Source: Candidatus Omnitrophota bacterium
GTDB taxonomy: Bacteria > Ratteibacteria > UBA8468 > MWAK01
Length of the DNA stretch: 58,226 nucleotides
Direction: 5' to 3'
Assembly (NCBI GenBank): GCA_043797665.1
Contig: JAZDPL010000039.1
Span: 1-58,226 of the forward strand
Shown here: positions 18,659-28,782 of the stretch, piece after piece
How the letters are laid out: the number at the start of each line of letters is the position of its first letter
Numbering within the stretch: the first letter of the stretch is position 1
Position numbers and translations under genes: made by a program
The notes under the pieces: generated by a model
Told to the model about the DNA's origin: nothing
The model's database searches: none
Seen by the model: the letters and a program-made list of their open reading frames with translations, nothing else

Positions 18659-19587
18659 CTTTTTTCCCTCCCGATTGTTTTCTGCACGGTTCTGGCTATC
18701 TTTTCCGGGGACATGCCGTACTTGTCTCGCAGCCATTCCTGGTGGCCGACCAGGGAGACGTAGATGTCCGGGAAGGCGATGCGCTTAAACTTAACGCCGG
18801 TGACGCTGTTGTCAGCCAGGACTTCCGCCACGGCGCTGCCCATTCCGCCGGAGAGGTTATGCTCCTCCACGGTAATGATGGCGCCGGTCTCTTGGGCGGC
18901 CTTGACTATCGCCCTGGAATCTATGGGCTTGATGGTGTGCAGGCTGACCAGCCGGCATTTGATTCCCTTCTTGACAAGGATGTCGTTTGCCAGAAGGACG
19001 TTGTACCCGATGGGACCGGTGAAGATTATGGCGGCGTCCTTGCCCTCTTTGACGGTAAGGGCTTTGCCGACCTTGAAGTCAATCTTTGTCTGGTGGATGT
19101 CCTTTTCGCCCTTGTAGCCGCAGCGGTAGTAAACCGGGCCGTCGTGCTCAATCATTGCCCGGGTGGCCGCCTCCGCTTCCACGCAGTCGCAGGGACAGAA
19201 GACCAGCATGTTGGGGAGGGCGCGCATGATGGCGATGTCCTCGGTGGAGTGGTGGGAGATACCCAAAGGACCGTAGGCAACCCCGCCGCCGATGATTACT
19301 ATCTTGACGTTGGCGTTGTGGTAGCAGACGTCGTTGCGTATCTGCTCCAGGCAGCGCAGGGTGGGGAAGTTGGCGATGGAATAGGTAACCGCGATGTTGC
19401 CTTCCATGGCAATGCCGCAGGCGACCCCGGTCATGTTCTGTTCGGCGACCCCGACATTGAAGTAGCGTTCCGGGAAGGCGTCCCGGAAGGGCTCAATCTC
19501 GCCGTAGCCGATATCGCCTAAAACCATGTAAATCTTTTTGTTCTTCCGGGCCAGTTCCAACAGCGTCTTGTTGAATATTTTTCTCAT
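18655..19587 (-). CDS. Transketolase C-terminal (pyrimidine-binding) subunit
   Basis: NVGVAEQNM, EQIRND, G.SHH.TED, TVEEH...GG.GSAVAE; start MRKIF at 19587. Confidence 0.88.
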   Translation of the reverse strand: MRKIFNKTLLELARKNKKIYMVLGDIGYGEIEPFRDAFPERYFNVGVAEQNMTGVACGIAMEGNIAVTYSIANFPTLRCLEQIRNDVCYHNANVKIVIIGGGVAYGPLGISHHSTEDIAIMRALPNMLVFCPCDCVEAEAATRAMIEHDGPVYYRCGYKGEKDIHQTKIDFKVGKALTVKEGKDAAIIFTGPIGYNVLLANDILVKKGIKCRLVSLHTIKPIDSRAIVKAAQETGAIITVEEHNLSGGMGSAVAEVLADNSVTGVKFKRIAFPDIYVSLVGHQEWLRDKYGMSPEKIARTVQKTIGREKR

Positions 19588-20405
19588 GGTTTTACCCCCA
19601 GCTCCTGACAGGCCTGTATCAGTTCCTGGTCGTTGGCGCACTTGTAGTGACTGGCAACGGTATCCTCAAAAAAGGAGACGCCCTTGCCCTTGACGGTGTG
19701 GCAAATGAGAAAAGAAGGTTTGCCGGTTTGGAAGGGCAGGGTGGAAAGAGCGTCTTCTATCGCCTGGACGTTGTGGCCGTCTATCTTTTTTGCCTCCCAG
19801 TGGAAGTCGGTCAGTTTTTGGACAAACGGCTCCAGGTTGATGATGTCTTTCGCTCTGCCCAGGGCCTGAATCTTGTTGTAGTCGACGATGGCGACCAGGT
19901 TGTCCAGGTGGTGCTGAGCGGCAAACATGATCGCCTCCCAGGTGGAACCCTCGTTGCAGTCGCCGTCGCTCATCAGACAGAAGATGCGGTAGTTTTTGTT
20001 GTTGCGTTTGGCATGGATTGCCATGCCGACGGCAACCGGGAGTCCGTGCCCCAGGGAGCCGGTGGAAAACTCCACCCCGGGCACATGGTGGCTGATGTGT
20101 CCCATCAGGTGTCCGTCGTTCTGGTAGTAAGTCAGCAGCCAGTCCCTGGGAAAGAATCCCATCTCCGCTAAAACGGCATAGACCCCTGCGGCGGCATGTC
20201 CCTTGCTTAAGATGAAACGGTCTCTATCCGGCCATTTTGGTTTCTTGGGATCCACCCTCAATATCCTGGTGTAGAGGACCGCCAGGATATCGGCCATCGA
20301 AAGGGTGCTGCCCACGTGCCCGCTCTTGCCCCGGTGGGTCATCCTGACCGCTTGCGCCCGGATATTATTGGCAAGGCAGCGGTAGTACTCCATTCGGTTT
20401 TTCAT
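19584..20405 (-). CDS. Transketolase N-terminal (ThDP-binding) subunit
   Basis: GHVGS, DRFILSKGH, STGSLGHGL, SDGDCNEG..WEA, TVKGKG. Confidence 0.9.
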   Translation of the reverse strand: MKNRMEYYRCLANNIRAQAVRMTHRGKSGHVGSTLSMADILAVLYTRILRVDPKKPKWPDRDRFILSKGHAAAGVYAVLAEMGFFPRDWLLTYYQNDGHLMGHISHHVPGVEFSTGSLGHGLPVAVGMAIHAKRNNKNYRIFCLMSDGDCNEGSTWEAIMFAAQHHLDNLVAIVDYNKIQALGRAKDIINLEPFVQKLTDFHWEAKKIDGHNVQAIEDALSTLPFQTGKPSFLICHTVKGKGVSFFEDTVASHYKCANDQELIQACQELGVKP

Positions 20406-20420
20406 GGGATTTATCTCCTT

Positions 20421-21215
20421 TCATGTAATTGTAATGCCCCCATCAGCCGCGATAACAACACCGTTGAGATATGACGATTCATCCGATGCCAGGAACAACG
20501 CCACCCTGGCTATCTCTTCCGGGGTACCCCAGCGTCTGACCGGTGTCGTCCTGAGAAAAACGCTTTCATCAAAATCAGGGTCACCGAAATTGCTCTGCTG
20601 TACCATATCGGTGAGTATGGCAGCCGGAGCAATGCAGTTGACCCTGACCTTATGCGGACCGTATTCCACCGCCATTGAGCGCGTCAGGGAGATTGTCGCA
20701 CCCTTCGTAGCAGTATAGGCATCGCACTTCGGTATGCCAATAAGGCCGGCGCTTGACGAGGTATTAATGACCGAACCACCTCCGCTTTGAATGATCTGCG
20801 GTATCCCAATTTTACAGCAATGGAACAGCCCGGTCAGGTTGATGCCGAGTATTTTGTTCCACATATCTATGCCAAGGTCTGCTACTGCAGAATCCTGTCC
20901 ACCGAGAAAAACCGAGGCATTATTGTAAAGCACGTGCAGGCAACCAAACGAGTTCAGGGCATCATTAAAAGCTTTTTTCACACTTTCAAAATCGGCAACA
21001 TCGGTCTGGATAAATTTCGCCTTTCCGCCTGCGCGGACGATTTCTTTCTCCGTATCTTGCCCCGCTTTCTCGTTAATCTCGAGTATGGCAACCCGCGCTC
21101 CTTCCCTGGCAAAAAGGAGAGCTGCCGCACGCCCAATTCCATTCCCACTACCCGTAATTGCCGCTACTTTATCTTTCAAACGCATGACCTTCCTCTCCAC
21201 CTCATCACCCATCAC
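20421..21215 (-). CDS. Short-chain dehydrogenase/reductase
   Basis: TGSGNGIG, NNA, YTATK (YxxxK), RVNCIAP, ADGG. Confidence 0.9.
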   Translation of the reverse strand: MMGDEVERKVMRLKDKVAAITGSGNGIGRAAALLFAREGARVAILEINEKAGQDTEKEIVRAGGKAKFIQTDVADFESVKKAFNDALNSFGCLHVLYNNASVFLGGQDSAVADLGIDMWNKILGINLTGLFHCCKIGIPQIIQSGGGSVINTSSSAGLIGIPKCDAYTATKGATISLTRSMAVEYGPHKVRVNCIAPAAILTDMVQQSNFGDPDFDESVFLRTTPVRRWGTPEEIARVALFLASDESSYLNGVVIAADGGITIT

Positions 21216-22546
21216 ACCGCCCCTGCCACCGCGTAACCTTTACTGAGAATAAAATGATTCCGTTCGGCACGCTTCACAGCTCCTCCTTGCCAGACAACGT
21301 CTCTCATGTTTTCATGCTGGGTGAGGGGTCCAAAAAAGGCCTGGTAAGCAGGGATTGCACTGCCCAGGAGGACATCTTTCCGGCCGAGCTTGCCCCGCAC
21401 AATGTTTGTCTCTCTGAATTCCGGAGAAACTCTAAGTTGTTTACATCTTTCCCGAATAATCTTCGTGAAAATACCGGTATCTTCTTCGATGACGTACCCA
21501 ACGAGCATGATACATTGGGGGTCAAAATAGTTGACCAACTGGGCAATAGCTTCGCCCATATGGCAGCCTGCATCCTGCACTACCCGGGAAGCGAGAGAAT
21601 CACCGTTTTCTGCAGCTTGAAAGATCATGCTTATGGCCTCGCGACTTGAGGCCTTTTCCACTTCCCTGGGCAGAACCGTGTTGTAGCTTTCCCGCAATTC
21701 CGTAATTCGGCTTATCATGGCTGGTCCAGAGGCGACTGTCTCCAGACACCCCTTTTTTCCACACTTGCACAAAGGACCATTTGGAGCAACAACGGTATGG
21801 CCGATCTCTCCTTCCATGTAGTTAGCGCCATGGTAAATCCGGTTGTTGACGATGATGGCAGCCCCGATGCCGACATCTACAAGGATACTCACGATGTTCT
21901 CGAACCCCTTTGCTGCACCGAACCAGTATTCGCCCAGCGTTTTTGCCTGGGTGAAACCCTCTACAAAGGTTGTGAAATTTGAAAGCTTCTCCAGTTTTTC
22001 CCGTACCGGAATGTTACGCCAACCCGAGCGCGCAAAATACACAAGAATACCTGCTTCGGAATCAACTATTCCTTCAAAAACTGCGCAGTTGGCAATAATA
22101 GCTTCCCGGGCAACGGGGAGTTCGGAAATGAGCTTCTCAAGGGCCTCCGAAGCATTCTGAAGGAGAATGTCTATGTCCGTTGTTGCCACGGCAAAACATG
22201 ATTCTTTGAGAACGTTCCCGGCAAGATCAAGTATGCCGATGCGCACTTCATGAACATCGAAAAAGATCATACATCCTACATATCTGGCATGTGTGTTGAA
22301 ACGGAAAATCACCGGTTTTCTGCCGCCGGTAGAAACAGAGGAGCCTATATCCTGAATGAATCCTTCCTTCCGCAGTTTTTTTATAATGTTGGTTACAGTG
22401 CCCGGGCTCAGACCGGTTTCCCTCACAAGCTGTACTTGTGAAATCTGCTGGTGCCGGTTGATGGTGCGCATAACCAGTTTCTTATTCCAGGTTCCAACTT
22501 CGCAATTGTTCGCAGTCATTCTCATAGTCAAAATCCTGCTGGTCAT
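21212..22546 (-). CDS. ROK-family transcriptional regulator
   Basis: N-terminal HTH, GGRKP, GEIGH, CKCGKKGCLE zinc motif. Confidence 0.9.
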   Translation of the reverse strand: MTSRILTMRMTANNCEVGTWNKKLVMRTINRHQQISQVQLVRETGLSPGTVTNIIKKLRKEGFIQDIGSSVSTGGRKPVIFRFNTHARYVGCMIFFDVHEVRIGILDLAGNVLKESCFAVATTDIDILLQNASEALEKLISELPVAREAIIANCAVFEGIVDSEAGILVYFARSGWRNIPVREKLEKLSNFTTFVEGFTQAKTLGEYWFGAAKGFENIVSILVDVGIGAAIIVNNRIYHGANYMEGEIGHTVVAPNGPLCKCGKKGCLETVASGPAMISRITELRESYNTVLPREVEKASSREAISMIFQAAENGDSLASRVVQDAGCHMGEAIAQLVNYFDPQCIMLVGYVIEEDTGIFTKIIRERCKQLRVSPEFRETNIVRGKLGRKDVLLGSAIPAYQAFFGPLTQHENMRDVVWQGGAVKRAERNHFILSKGYAVAGAV

Positions 22547-22711
22547 TTTTTAATACTTAATTTAACACCTAAATCGTAGCACCTTTTCATACCTTTGTCA
22601 AGAGAACGAATCGCCTCACCAAAAATCTAAACGAAAACAACACTGTTTATTATTTATAAACTTCGGAGGCCGCCCCCCCTGGGAATAATCTGAGAGTATA
22701 AACCCACCCGT

Positions 22712-22764
22712 TACAACTTAAGAGTTGTACGTAATTTGACAATACAACCAATAAGTTGTATAAT
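22712..22764 (+). promoter_or_regulatory. Consensus sigma70 promoter with two TACAAC-N6-GTTGTA operators
   Basis: TTGACA (22736-41)-17 nt-TATAAT (22759-64); palindromes at 22712-22729 and 22743-22760. Confidence 0.75.
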
Positions 22765-22772
22765 TAAACGAA

Positions 22773-23483
22773 ATGGAATGGATACAGGAGATAAAGGATA
22801 TACTTTCCGCGGTTAAGAACAGGACCGGGTCTTTCTATCTTGCCGGAGGTACTGCCTTATCCCTTTTTTACTTTCAACACCGCCTCTCCGAAGACCTTGA
22901 TTTCTTTACACAAAATTTTGACCTTGGGGAGATTAAAAAAGTGATTGAAACTATAGAGTCCTTTACCGGTCAAAAGGCAGATTTAAAGGCTGAAAATACT
23001 CAACCGGGGTTCGTAAAAATGCAGGTCTTTGATATCCAGATGCGTTCTGGAACGAAACTCAAAGTGGATTTTGTCCAGGATTCTTTAAAACTTTTGAAGG
23101 GACTGAACGAATTTAACGGGATACCGGTACTGTCAGTAGAGGATATTTACTTAAGAAAAATTTTTGCTGTCTCCGGTTCTTTGGTTACCACCAACTTAGT
23201 GGGAAGACCGGATATTGCGGGAGGACGGCAGGAAGCCAAGGACCATGTTGACCTTTATGTTCTTTCCCATACTTTTATGCCGCTCTCTAAGTTTGCCCGG
23301 GAATTTTGTGGTCCGGTTCAAAAAGAAGGTCTGATTCGTTGGTTCAATACCTTTGACCGGTTCCGGATGAAGTCCGGGCTGTTAGAACTTAGAACAAAAG
23401 TCCCACATGACTGGCAGATTATGGAGAGGCATTTCAAGGATGAGATTGGACGGCTGATAGCGATGGAAGTTGATTCAATATGA
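22773..23483 (+). CDS. Nucleotidyltransferase, AbiEii/AbiGii toxin family
   Basis: FYLAGGTAL..HRLSEDLDFF, KVDF, R.EAKD.VDLY. Confidence 0.85.
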   Translation: MEWIQEIKDILSAVKNRTGSFYLAGGTALSLFYFQHRLSEDLDFFTQNFDLGEIKKVIETIESFTGQKADLKAENTQPGFVKMQVFDIQMRSGTKLKVDFVQDSLKLLKGLNEFNGIPVLSVEDIYLRKIFAVSGSLVTTNLVGRPDIAGGRQEAKDHVDLYVLSHTFMPLSKFAREFCGPVQKEGLIRWFNTFDRFRMKSGLLELRTKVPHDWQIMERHFKDEIGRLIAMEVDSI

Positions 23484-24004
23484 CCAACTGGCTCTGGGAC
23501 CGTAATATTACCGAAGAAGAGGCAAAAAAGGGGTTAGCCAATCCGGAAGGCGCTGATTTTATAGAACTGGCAAGCCTGCTTTTGAGTCGCGACGGTATTC
23601 CGGAAGAGGTCTTCTCCCACTATTTAAGCCGGGAAAGTTTTGTCACCCATTGGGTCCGGATAAAACGACGGATGCGCACAAATTCCTGGAATGACCCGCG
23701 TATCATTTTCTGGCAGGCTATTTATGACTATCTGAAAAAAAAGTTTAAAAAGTCCGGAATCAGATTGAGAGAAGAGAAGGTTGTTCCCGACCGGTTTCTT
23801 AAAGAGTTAGGCGATATGTTCCGGGCATCCCGTAAAAAAATGGGTTTAACTCAGAAGGAACTGGCTGAAAGGTTGAATATCGCTCAGCAGGTCATCTCAC
23901 GTTTGGAGCGGGGTGCAAGCAACAGTAGTATTAAAACTCTTCAGCGAATCGCCCGGGCTTTGGGTGCCGAACTTAGGACTACCCTTTCTTTCGGTCCTGA
24001 CTAG
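23480..24004 (+). CDS. XRE-type HTH protein with an uncharacterised N-terminal domain (putative antitoxin/regulator)
   Basis: C-terminal RKKMGLTQKELAERLNIAQQVISRLERG; ATGA-coupled to the NTase gene. Confidence 0.75.
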   Translation: MTNWLWDRNITEEEAKKGLANPEGADFIELASLLLSRDGIPEEVFSHYLSRESFVTHWVRIKRRMRTNSWNDPRIIFWQAIYDYLKKKFKKSGIRLREEKVVPDRFLKELGDMFRASRKKMGLTQKELAERLNIAQQVISRLERGASNSSIKTLQRIARALGAELRTTLSFGPD

Positions 24005-24023
24005 TGTCCTGTAATTTGTAGAA

Positions 24024-24317
24024 TTATGATTCGACCATCCGGGGAATCTGCCGGTAAATCTCTTTGCGATGCCCCACCCTGACCACAAGAATTTTGATTA
24101 CTTCGTCCTGGATGATGCAGATTATCCGGTAATTCCCCACCCGGTATTTCCAAAATTTTCCGGATTTTTCTCCACGAAGGGGTTCTCCTAAACTGCGGGG
24201 ATTTTGAAGCGGGGCAATCCGTTCTCTCAAAAAAGCAATTACCCTTCGGCGTCCGGTAAGGTCAAGCGCCCTTAAGTCTTTTTCAACCCTGGGCTCAAAC
24301 TCTATTATCCAACCCAA
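24024..24317 (-). CDS. RelE/StbE-family toxin
   Basis: NPRSLGEPLRG, FWKYRVGNYRII, VVRVGHRKEIY. Confidence 0.9.
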   Translation of the reverse strand: MGWIIEFEPRVEKDLRALDLTGRRRVIAFLRERIAPLQNPRSLGEPLRGEKSGKFWKYRVGNYRIICIIQDEVIKILVVRVGHRKEIYRQIPRMVES

Positions 24318-24513
24318 GTCTGTGCTCCATTTCTTTAAGGGAGATACCCGGAAGGTTCTCTTCTAATCTGGAGGCGGCAAGGTAAAGGTCCTCCAGGTCA
24401 TCCAGATACTCAAGAATTGCCTCCCGAACGTAGAAAGTTTTGGTGCGCCCCGTCTGCTGGGCCAACACTGCAATCCGGTTTTCAATCTCTTTTGGTAGTC
24501 TTACCGCTAACAT
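24295..24513 (-). CDS. RHH antitoxin (RelB-like)
   Basis: MLAVRLPKEIENR..LA..TGRTKTFYVREAILEYLDDLEDLYLA; start after AAGGAGG. Confidence 0.85.
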   Translation of the reverse strand: MLAVRLPKEIENRIAVLAQQTGRTKTFYVREAILEYLDDLEDLYLAASRLEENLPGISLKEMEHRLGLDNRV

Positions 24514-24631
24514 ATGTTTGCCTCCTTGATATACAAGTATAACATAAGGGATGCTATTTGTAAATACCATGGACTTTCGGTTCGGAAAAGTGATAGAATA
24601 TTGTGACCATATTAAAAAACGAGGAGAGATT

Positions 24632-26668
24632 ATGGAGCACTGGAGGTTAAGGCAGATACATCTGGATTTTCATACTTCGCCCAGGATTAATGATGTAGGA
24701 GTGGAGTTTGATGCGGAAGAGTTTGCCCGGACGCTTTCGGAGGCAAACGTCGGCTGGGTAACGCTGTTTGCCAAGTGCCACCACGGGATGTGTTATTATC
24801 CCAGCAAGGTCGGGCCACAACATCCGGGTCTGAGGTTTGACCTGCTGGGCAGGCAGGTGGAAGCCTGCCGGAAAAGGGGAATCGTTACGCCAGCCTATAT
24901 CAGCCTCCGGGTTGACCAGCACATGGGAGAAAAACATCCGGAATGGGTTACCAGACTGGCAGACGGAAAACTCTGGGGACCCGCCGTTTTTGATGCTTTC
25001 TGGTACCAAATCTGCCTGAACCATAAGGAGTACATAGATTATGCGGAGGCGATGACCGAGGAGGTTCTGAAAAGGTATGACGTGGAGGGTATCTTCTACG
25101 ATATGTGCTATTACCCGCCCTATCCGGGCTGTTTCTGTCAGACCTGTTTAGAGCGAATGGCAAAGAAAGGGATTGATCGTAAAGACGAAAAAACCCATTG
25201 GTACCAGGAGTTTGAGGTTACCCGGGAATATACCAAACGGCTGGCAAGCGCTATTCGTAAGATTAAACCGAAAGCCTCGGTCTTCTTTAATAGTCGTTTA
25301 GGTCCCAACATCCGGCACGAATTAGATGTTTATACCCACTTTGAGATTGAGGCTCTGCCTACCGGCGGCTGGGGGTACCACTATTTCCCTTTCTGGGCAA
25401 GGTTTTTACGCAACTTCGGGAAACCGACCCAGGGGATGACCGGGAAGTTCCACAAGAGTTGGGCGGACTTTGGCGGTCTGAAGACTGTGGACCAGTTACG
25501 TTTTGAAGCCGGAACGATTCTGGCAACCGGTTCTGCGGTCAACGTCGGCGACCAACTTCATCCCCGGGGCAGGTTGGATAAAGGGACCTACCAGGTTATC
25601 GGGACGGTCTTCAAGGAAGTAAAGGAGAAGGAACCCTGGTGTTTTAACGCTAAGCCCCTAACCGAGATTGCGGTTATTTACCTTTCCAGAAAGAAAGGGG
25701 AGTTTTTGCCCGATCCTAACGAGTCTACTGAGGGTGCGGCCAGGATGCTTCTGGAATTGAAAAGCCAGTTCAACGTTGAGACTTCGGAAGGGGATTTGAG
25801 TAAGTATCGTCTCCTTATCCTGCCGGATACCGGCGTGGTGGATAAAAATTTGCGTAACAAACTCACTGCTTTTCTGAAGACTGGCGGCAGTCTCATTGTG
25901 AGCCACCAGGCCGGGGCCTGCCCCGGTATGTACCAGGCCGGGGTTGATTTAGAATCCGGGGAGTTTACGATTCCGGAAATCGGAGTGCGTTATCACGACA
26001 TTAACCCCTATCAGCCGTCATTCCTCCGCTTATCCGATGGAAAAAGCGGGGCCGGTCTATTTAAAGAAACTGTTCTCAACAGGGAGACAGACTATGTCTG
26101 TTACGGAGCCAGTTCTTTAGTGGAGGCCGAGAAGGGGAGCACAAGTTACGGCAGACTTGTTTCCAGTTACTTTAACCGGGATTACAACCACTTTACTTCG
26201 CACCGGCACAGCCCGGCCGATAAGGTAATGAAAAAGTATCCGGTAGCAATAAAATCCGGCAATATAATCTATTTTGCTCCGGAACTGTTTACCGGGTACC
26301 GCCAGCACGGCTACTGGGTCTACAAAAGTATGGTAGCCAGTGCGTTAAACGTTCTTTTGCCGGACCCTCTGGTAAAGACCAGGGCTCCGGCCGGGATGGA
26401 GATATCTCTGACCGCTCAGGCGAACCCCAAACGGATAATGGTACACCTGGTTAATTACCAGCCCCAGCGTCGGCACACCGAAATAGAATATATTGAAACG
26501 CTCTGGCCGGTTAAGGATATAGAGGTGGCGGTACGTACTGCTAAAAAACCGGCGCAGGTCTACCTGACTCCACAAAAGAACCGGGTCCCCTTCGTTTTTA
26601 ATAAGGGCTATACTTCTTTCGTGGTGCCGGAAGTATCCAGCCACCGGATCGTGGTTCTGGAATGGTAG
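24632..26668 (+). CDS. Glycoside hydrolase, GH151/GHL6 alpha-L-fucosidase-like
   Basis: RQIHLDFHTS, FAKCHHG..YYP, EALPTGGWGY, TGKFHKSWADFGG, GDQLHPRG; start at ATG 24632 after GAGGAG. Confidence 0.75.
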   Translation: MEHWRLRQIHLDFHTSPRINDVGVEFDAEEFARTLSEANVGWVTLFAKCHHGMCYYPSKVGPQHPGLRFDLLGRQVEACRKRGIVTPAYISLRVDQHMGEKHPEWVTRLADGKLWGPAVFDAFWYQICLNHKEYIDYAEAMTEEVLKRYDVEGIFYDMCYYPPYPGCFCQTCLERMAKKGIDRKDEKTHWYQEFEVTREYTKRLASAIRKIKPKASVFFNSRLGPNIRHELDVYTHFEIEALPTGGWGYHYFPFWARFLRNFGKPTQGMTGKFHKSWADFGGLKTVDQLRFEAGTILATGSAVNVGDQLHPRGRLDKGTYQVIGTVFKEVKEKEPWCFNAKPLTEIAVIYLSRKKGEFLPDPNESTEGAARMLLELKSQFNVETSEGDLSKYRLLILPDTGVVDKNLRNKLTAFLKTGGSLIVSHQAGACPGMYQAGVDLESGEFTIPEIGVRYHDINPYQPSFLRLSDGKSGAGLFKETVLNRETDYVCYGASSLVEAEKGSTSYGRLVSSYFNRDYNHFTSHRHSPADKVMKKYPVAIKSGNIIYFAPELFTGYRQHGYWVYKSMVASALNVLLPDPLVKTRAPAGMEISLTAQANPKRIMVHLVNYQPQRRHTEIEYIETLWPVKDIEVAVRTAKKPAQVYLTPQKNRVPFVFNKGYTSFVVPEVSSHRIVVLEW

Positions 26669-26840
26669 GAATTATCTTTCCGGTTTCAATAAATTTCACT
26701 GGTGATATTTATAGTTTACGCCAATTTTCAGGAAAAGTCAGGCAGTGTTGCGACTGGGTGGTGGGGTGGTACTTGGCGGGGGTCTCATTAACCAGGTCGA
26801 CGGTCTGAAAATTTCCCGACCATCCTGTAAAACAACGGGG

Positions 26841-27250
26841 TTAGGTAATTGGTGCCGTATGTATTTGGTTTATAGAAAACGACCCAGGCGCCAGTTCCGC
26901 TAATTCCTTATTTTTTCGCGCATAAGGAAAAGCAAAGATAGCTTTCTTTGTTGGGAAACGCTCACGACAGATTCTGATCGCAGGAGATAAATCGGTATCT
27001 CCTGAAAGAATTACGACGTGGTCCGCGGCGTTCGTAAAGCAAACCTCAAGGAGTTTTACGGCTATTGCCACATCCGTCTCTTTTTCTTCGTGTTTTAGAA
27101 TCATGCTGTCACACCTGGGGCAGTAGATATCTTTCCTCTTGAAACGGCCCACCACGGTTTTAATTCCTGTAGATTTAAGACACAGAATATAGTTTTCCTG
27201 GTGCTGGATTCTATCGGGGTTTTGGGCCAGATAATAGGTCTCTGAAAAAG
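26841..27250 (-). pseudogene. NYN-domain (LabA/DUF88) protein, 5'-truncated
   Basis: EEKETDV, ILSGDTDL motifs. The frame extends to about 27240 (YYLAQNPDRI...GIKTVVGRF) without a start or the N-terminal IDG motif. Confidence 0.6.
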
Positions 27251-27353
27251 TACCTGGGTGTCACCCTGAACACGGGTATCCTTACAGTTGAATCTGTAAG
27301 GGAGTGAAGGGTCTCGTTTATCGACGACGGCCAGATTCTTAGCGAAGTTGAAC

Positions 27354-27382
27354 TTGACAAAACCTGCAAAAACAGTTATACT
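27354..27382 (+). promoter_or_regulatory. Putative sigma70 promoter
   Basis: TTGACA-17 nt-TATACT upstream of the ATPase gene. Confidence 0.6.
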
Positions 27383-27417
27383 AATATTGCAATGAGTGCA
27401 TAAAAAGTGAGGGTGCT

Positions 27418-28722
27418 ATGATTATTGAAAGAGACCTGCTCCAAAGGATACAGCCTTTTTTGAAAAGGGATGAGTTTATCTCTATCATCGGACCCCGGCA
27501 GTCAGGGAAGACTACCTTTTTGCAACTACTGAAGGAGTATTTAACCAGAGAAGTGAAGGCGGGTAGCGAATCTATTCAGGAGGTTACTTTTGAAGACAGA
27601 AAACTGTTCGTGGAATTTGAAACTGACCCTGTCCGGTTTATCCGTTCATTTTTCCCGCGCAACACCAGCCAAGAATTATATTTGATGATTGACGAATTTC
27701 AATATGCCGAAGACGGTGGACAAAAATTAAAACTAATCTACGATACAATAAAAGGTATAAAGATTATCATTACCGGTTCCTCTTCTTTAGATATAAAAGC
27801 AAAAGTTGGAAAGTTTATGGTTGGCCGGATGCTGAATTTTTATCTCTATCCGTTCAATTTCCGGGAGTATCTGAAGGTACACGACCAGAGATTGGAGAGA
27901 GTGTATACAGAAAACAACGGTAAAGTCGTTGAGTATCTTCTGAAAGGGAGACAATTCAAAATAAAGAGCGGTCGGGACCTTCTAAGTGCAGAGTTTATCT
28001 CCCATTACGAGAGATTTTCGATTTGGGGAGGATATCCTGCGGTGGTTTTGACCAAAGGAGAGGCTGAACGCAAAAAGGTTCTTACGGATATTTACAACAA
28101 CTATATATTGAAAGACATAAAAACCCTTTTGGAACTGGCAACCGAAAAAAATCTCTTTTTATTGTCTCAATACCTGGCGACCCAGACTGGCAATATTGTG
28201 GTATATCAAAACTTAAGTCAGGCCACTGGTTTGAACTATCGTAATCTCAAAAAGCATCTGAATATTCTTGAGGAGACATTTATTTGTCGCGAAGTAAAAC
28301 CCTTTTTTAAAAACAGGCAGAAGGAACTTTCCAAAAACCCGAAGATATACTTTCTCGATATGGGATTCAGAAATAACCTGATGGAAAATATGAATAGCCT
28401 GGAGAAGCGTTCTGATGCCGGAGCCATCGTGGAGAACACCTGTTTCATAAGGTTGAACGAACCGTATGAAGGGATAAACAAAATAAACTTCTGGAGGACA
28501 AAAACAGGTGCAGAAGTGGATTTTATTTTGCACTCAGAAGGCAATGTTGTACCTGTTGAGATAAAGTACTCACCTTTTACCGGAGAGAAATTATCAAAAA
28601 GTTTTGTCAGTTTTATTGACTCCTTTAAGCCAGCCTATGGCTTGATCTTAACCAAAGATTTCTGGGGAGAAGTACGCCGGGACAAGACGAAAATCCTATT
28701 TGTTCCTGTTTATTATTTATAA
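27418..28722 (+). CDS. AAA_14 ATPase with DUF4143 / PD-(D/E)xK C-terminus
   Basis: GPRQSGKTT, IDEFQ, TGSS, GGYP, PKIYFLDMG, EVDFI..PVEIK. Confidence 0.88.
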   Translation: MIIERDLLQRIQPFLKRDEFISIIGPRQSGKTTFLQLLKEYLTREVKAGSESIQEVTFEDRKLFVEFETDPVRFIRSFFPRNTSQELYLMIDEFQYAEDGGQKLKLIYDTIKGIKIIITGSSSLDIKAKVGKFMVGRMLNFYLYPFNFREYLKVHDQRLERVYTENNGKVVEYLLKGRQFKIKSGRDLLSAEFISHYERFSIWGGYPAVVLTKGEAERKKVLTDIYNNYILKDIKTLLELATEKNLFLLSQYLATQTGNIVVYQNLSQATGLNYRNLKKHLNILEETFICREVKPFFKNRQKELSKNPKIYFLDMGFRNNLMENMNSLEKRSDAGAIVENTCFIRLNEPYEGINKINFWRTKTGAEVDFILHSEGNVVPVEIKYSPFTGEKLSKSFVSFIDSFKPAYGLILTKDFWGEVRRDKTKILFVPVYYL

Positions 28723-28782
28723 ACTTCAGAGGTCGCCCCCCTGGAAGTGGGAATAAAGGGTTCCCGAAAATACTTATCAGGG

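Noticed and set aside
15316..20171. Long antisense ORFs (15316-16098, 18742-19521, 19647-20171)
   Set aside because: These are shadow frames opposite well-supported GC-rich genes, with no recognisable motifs.
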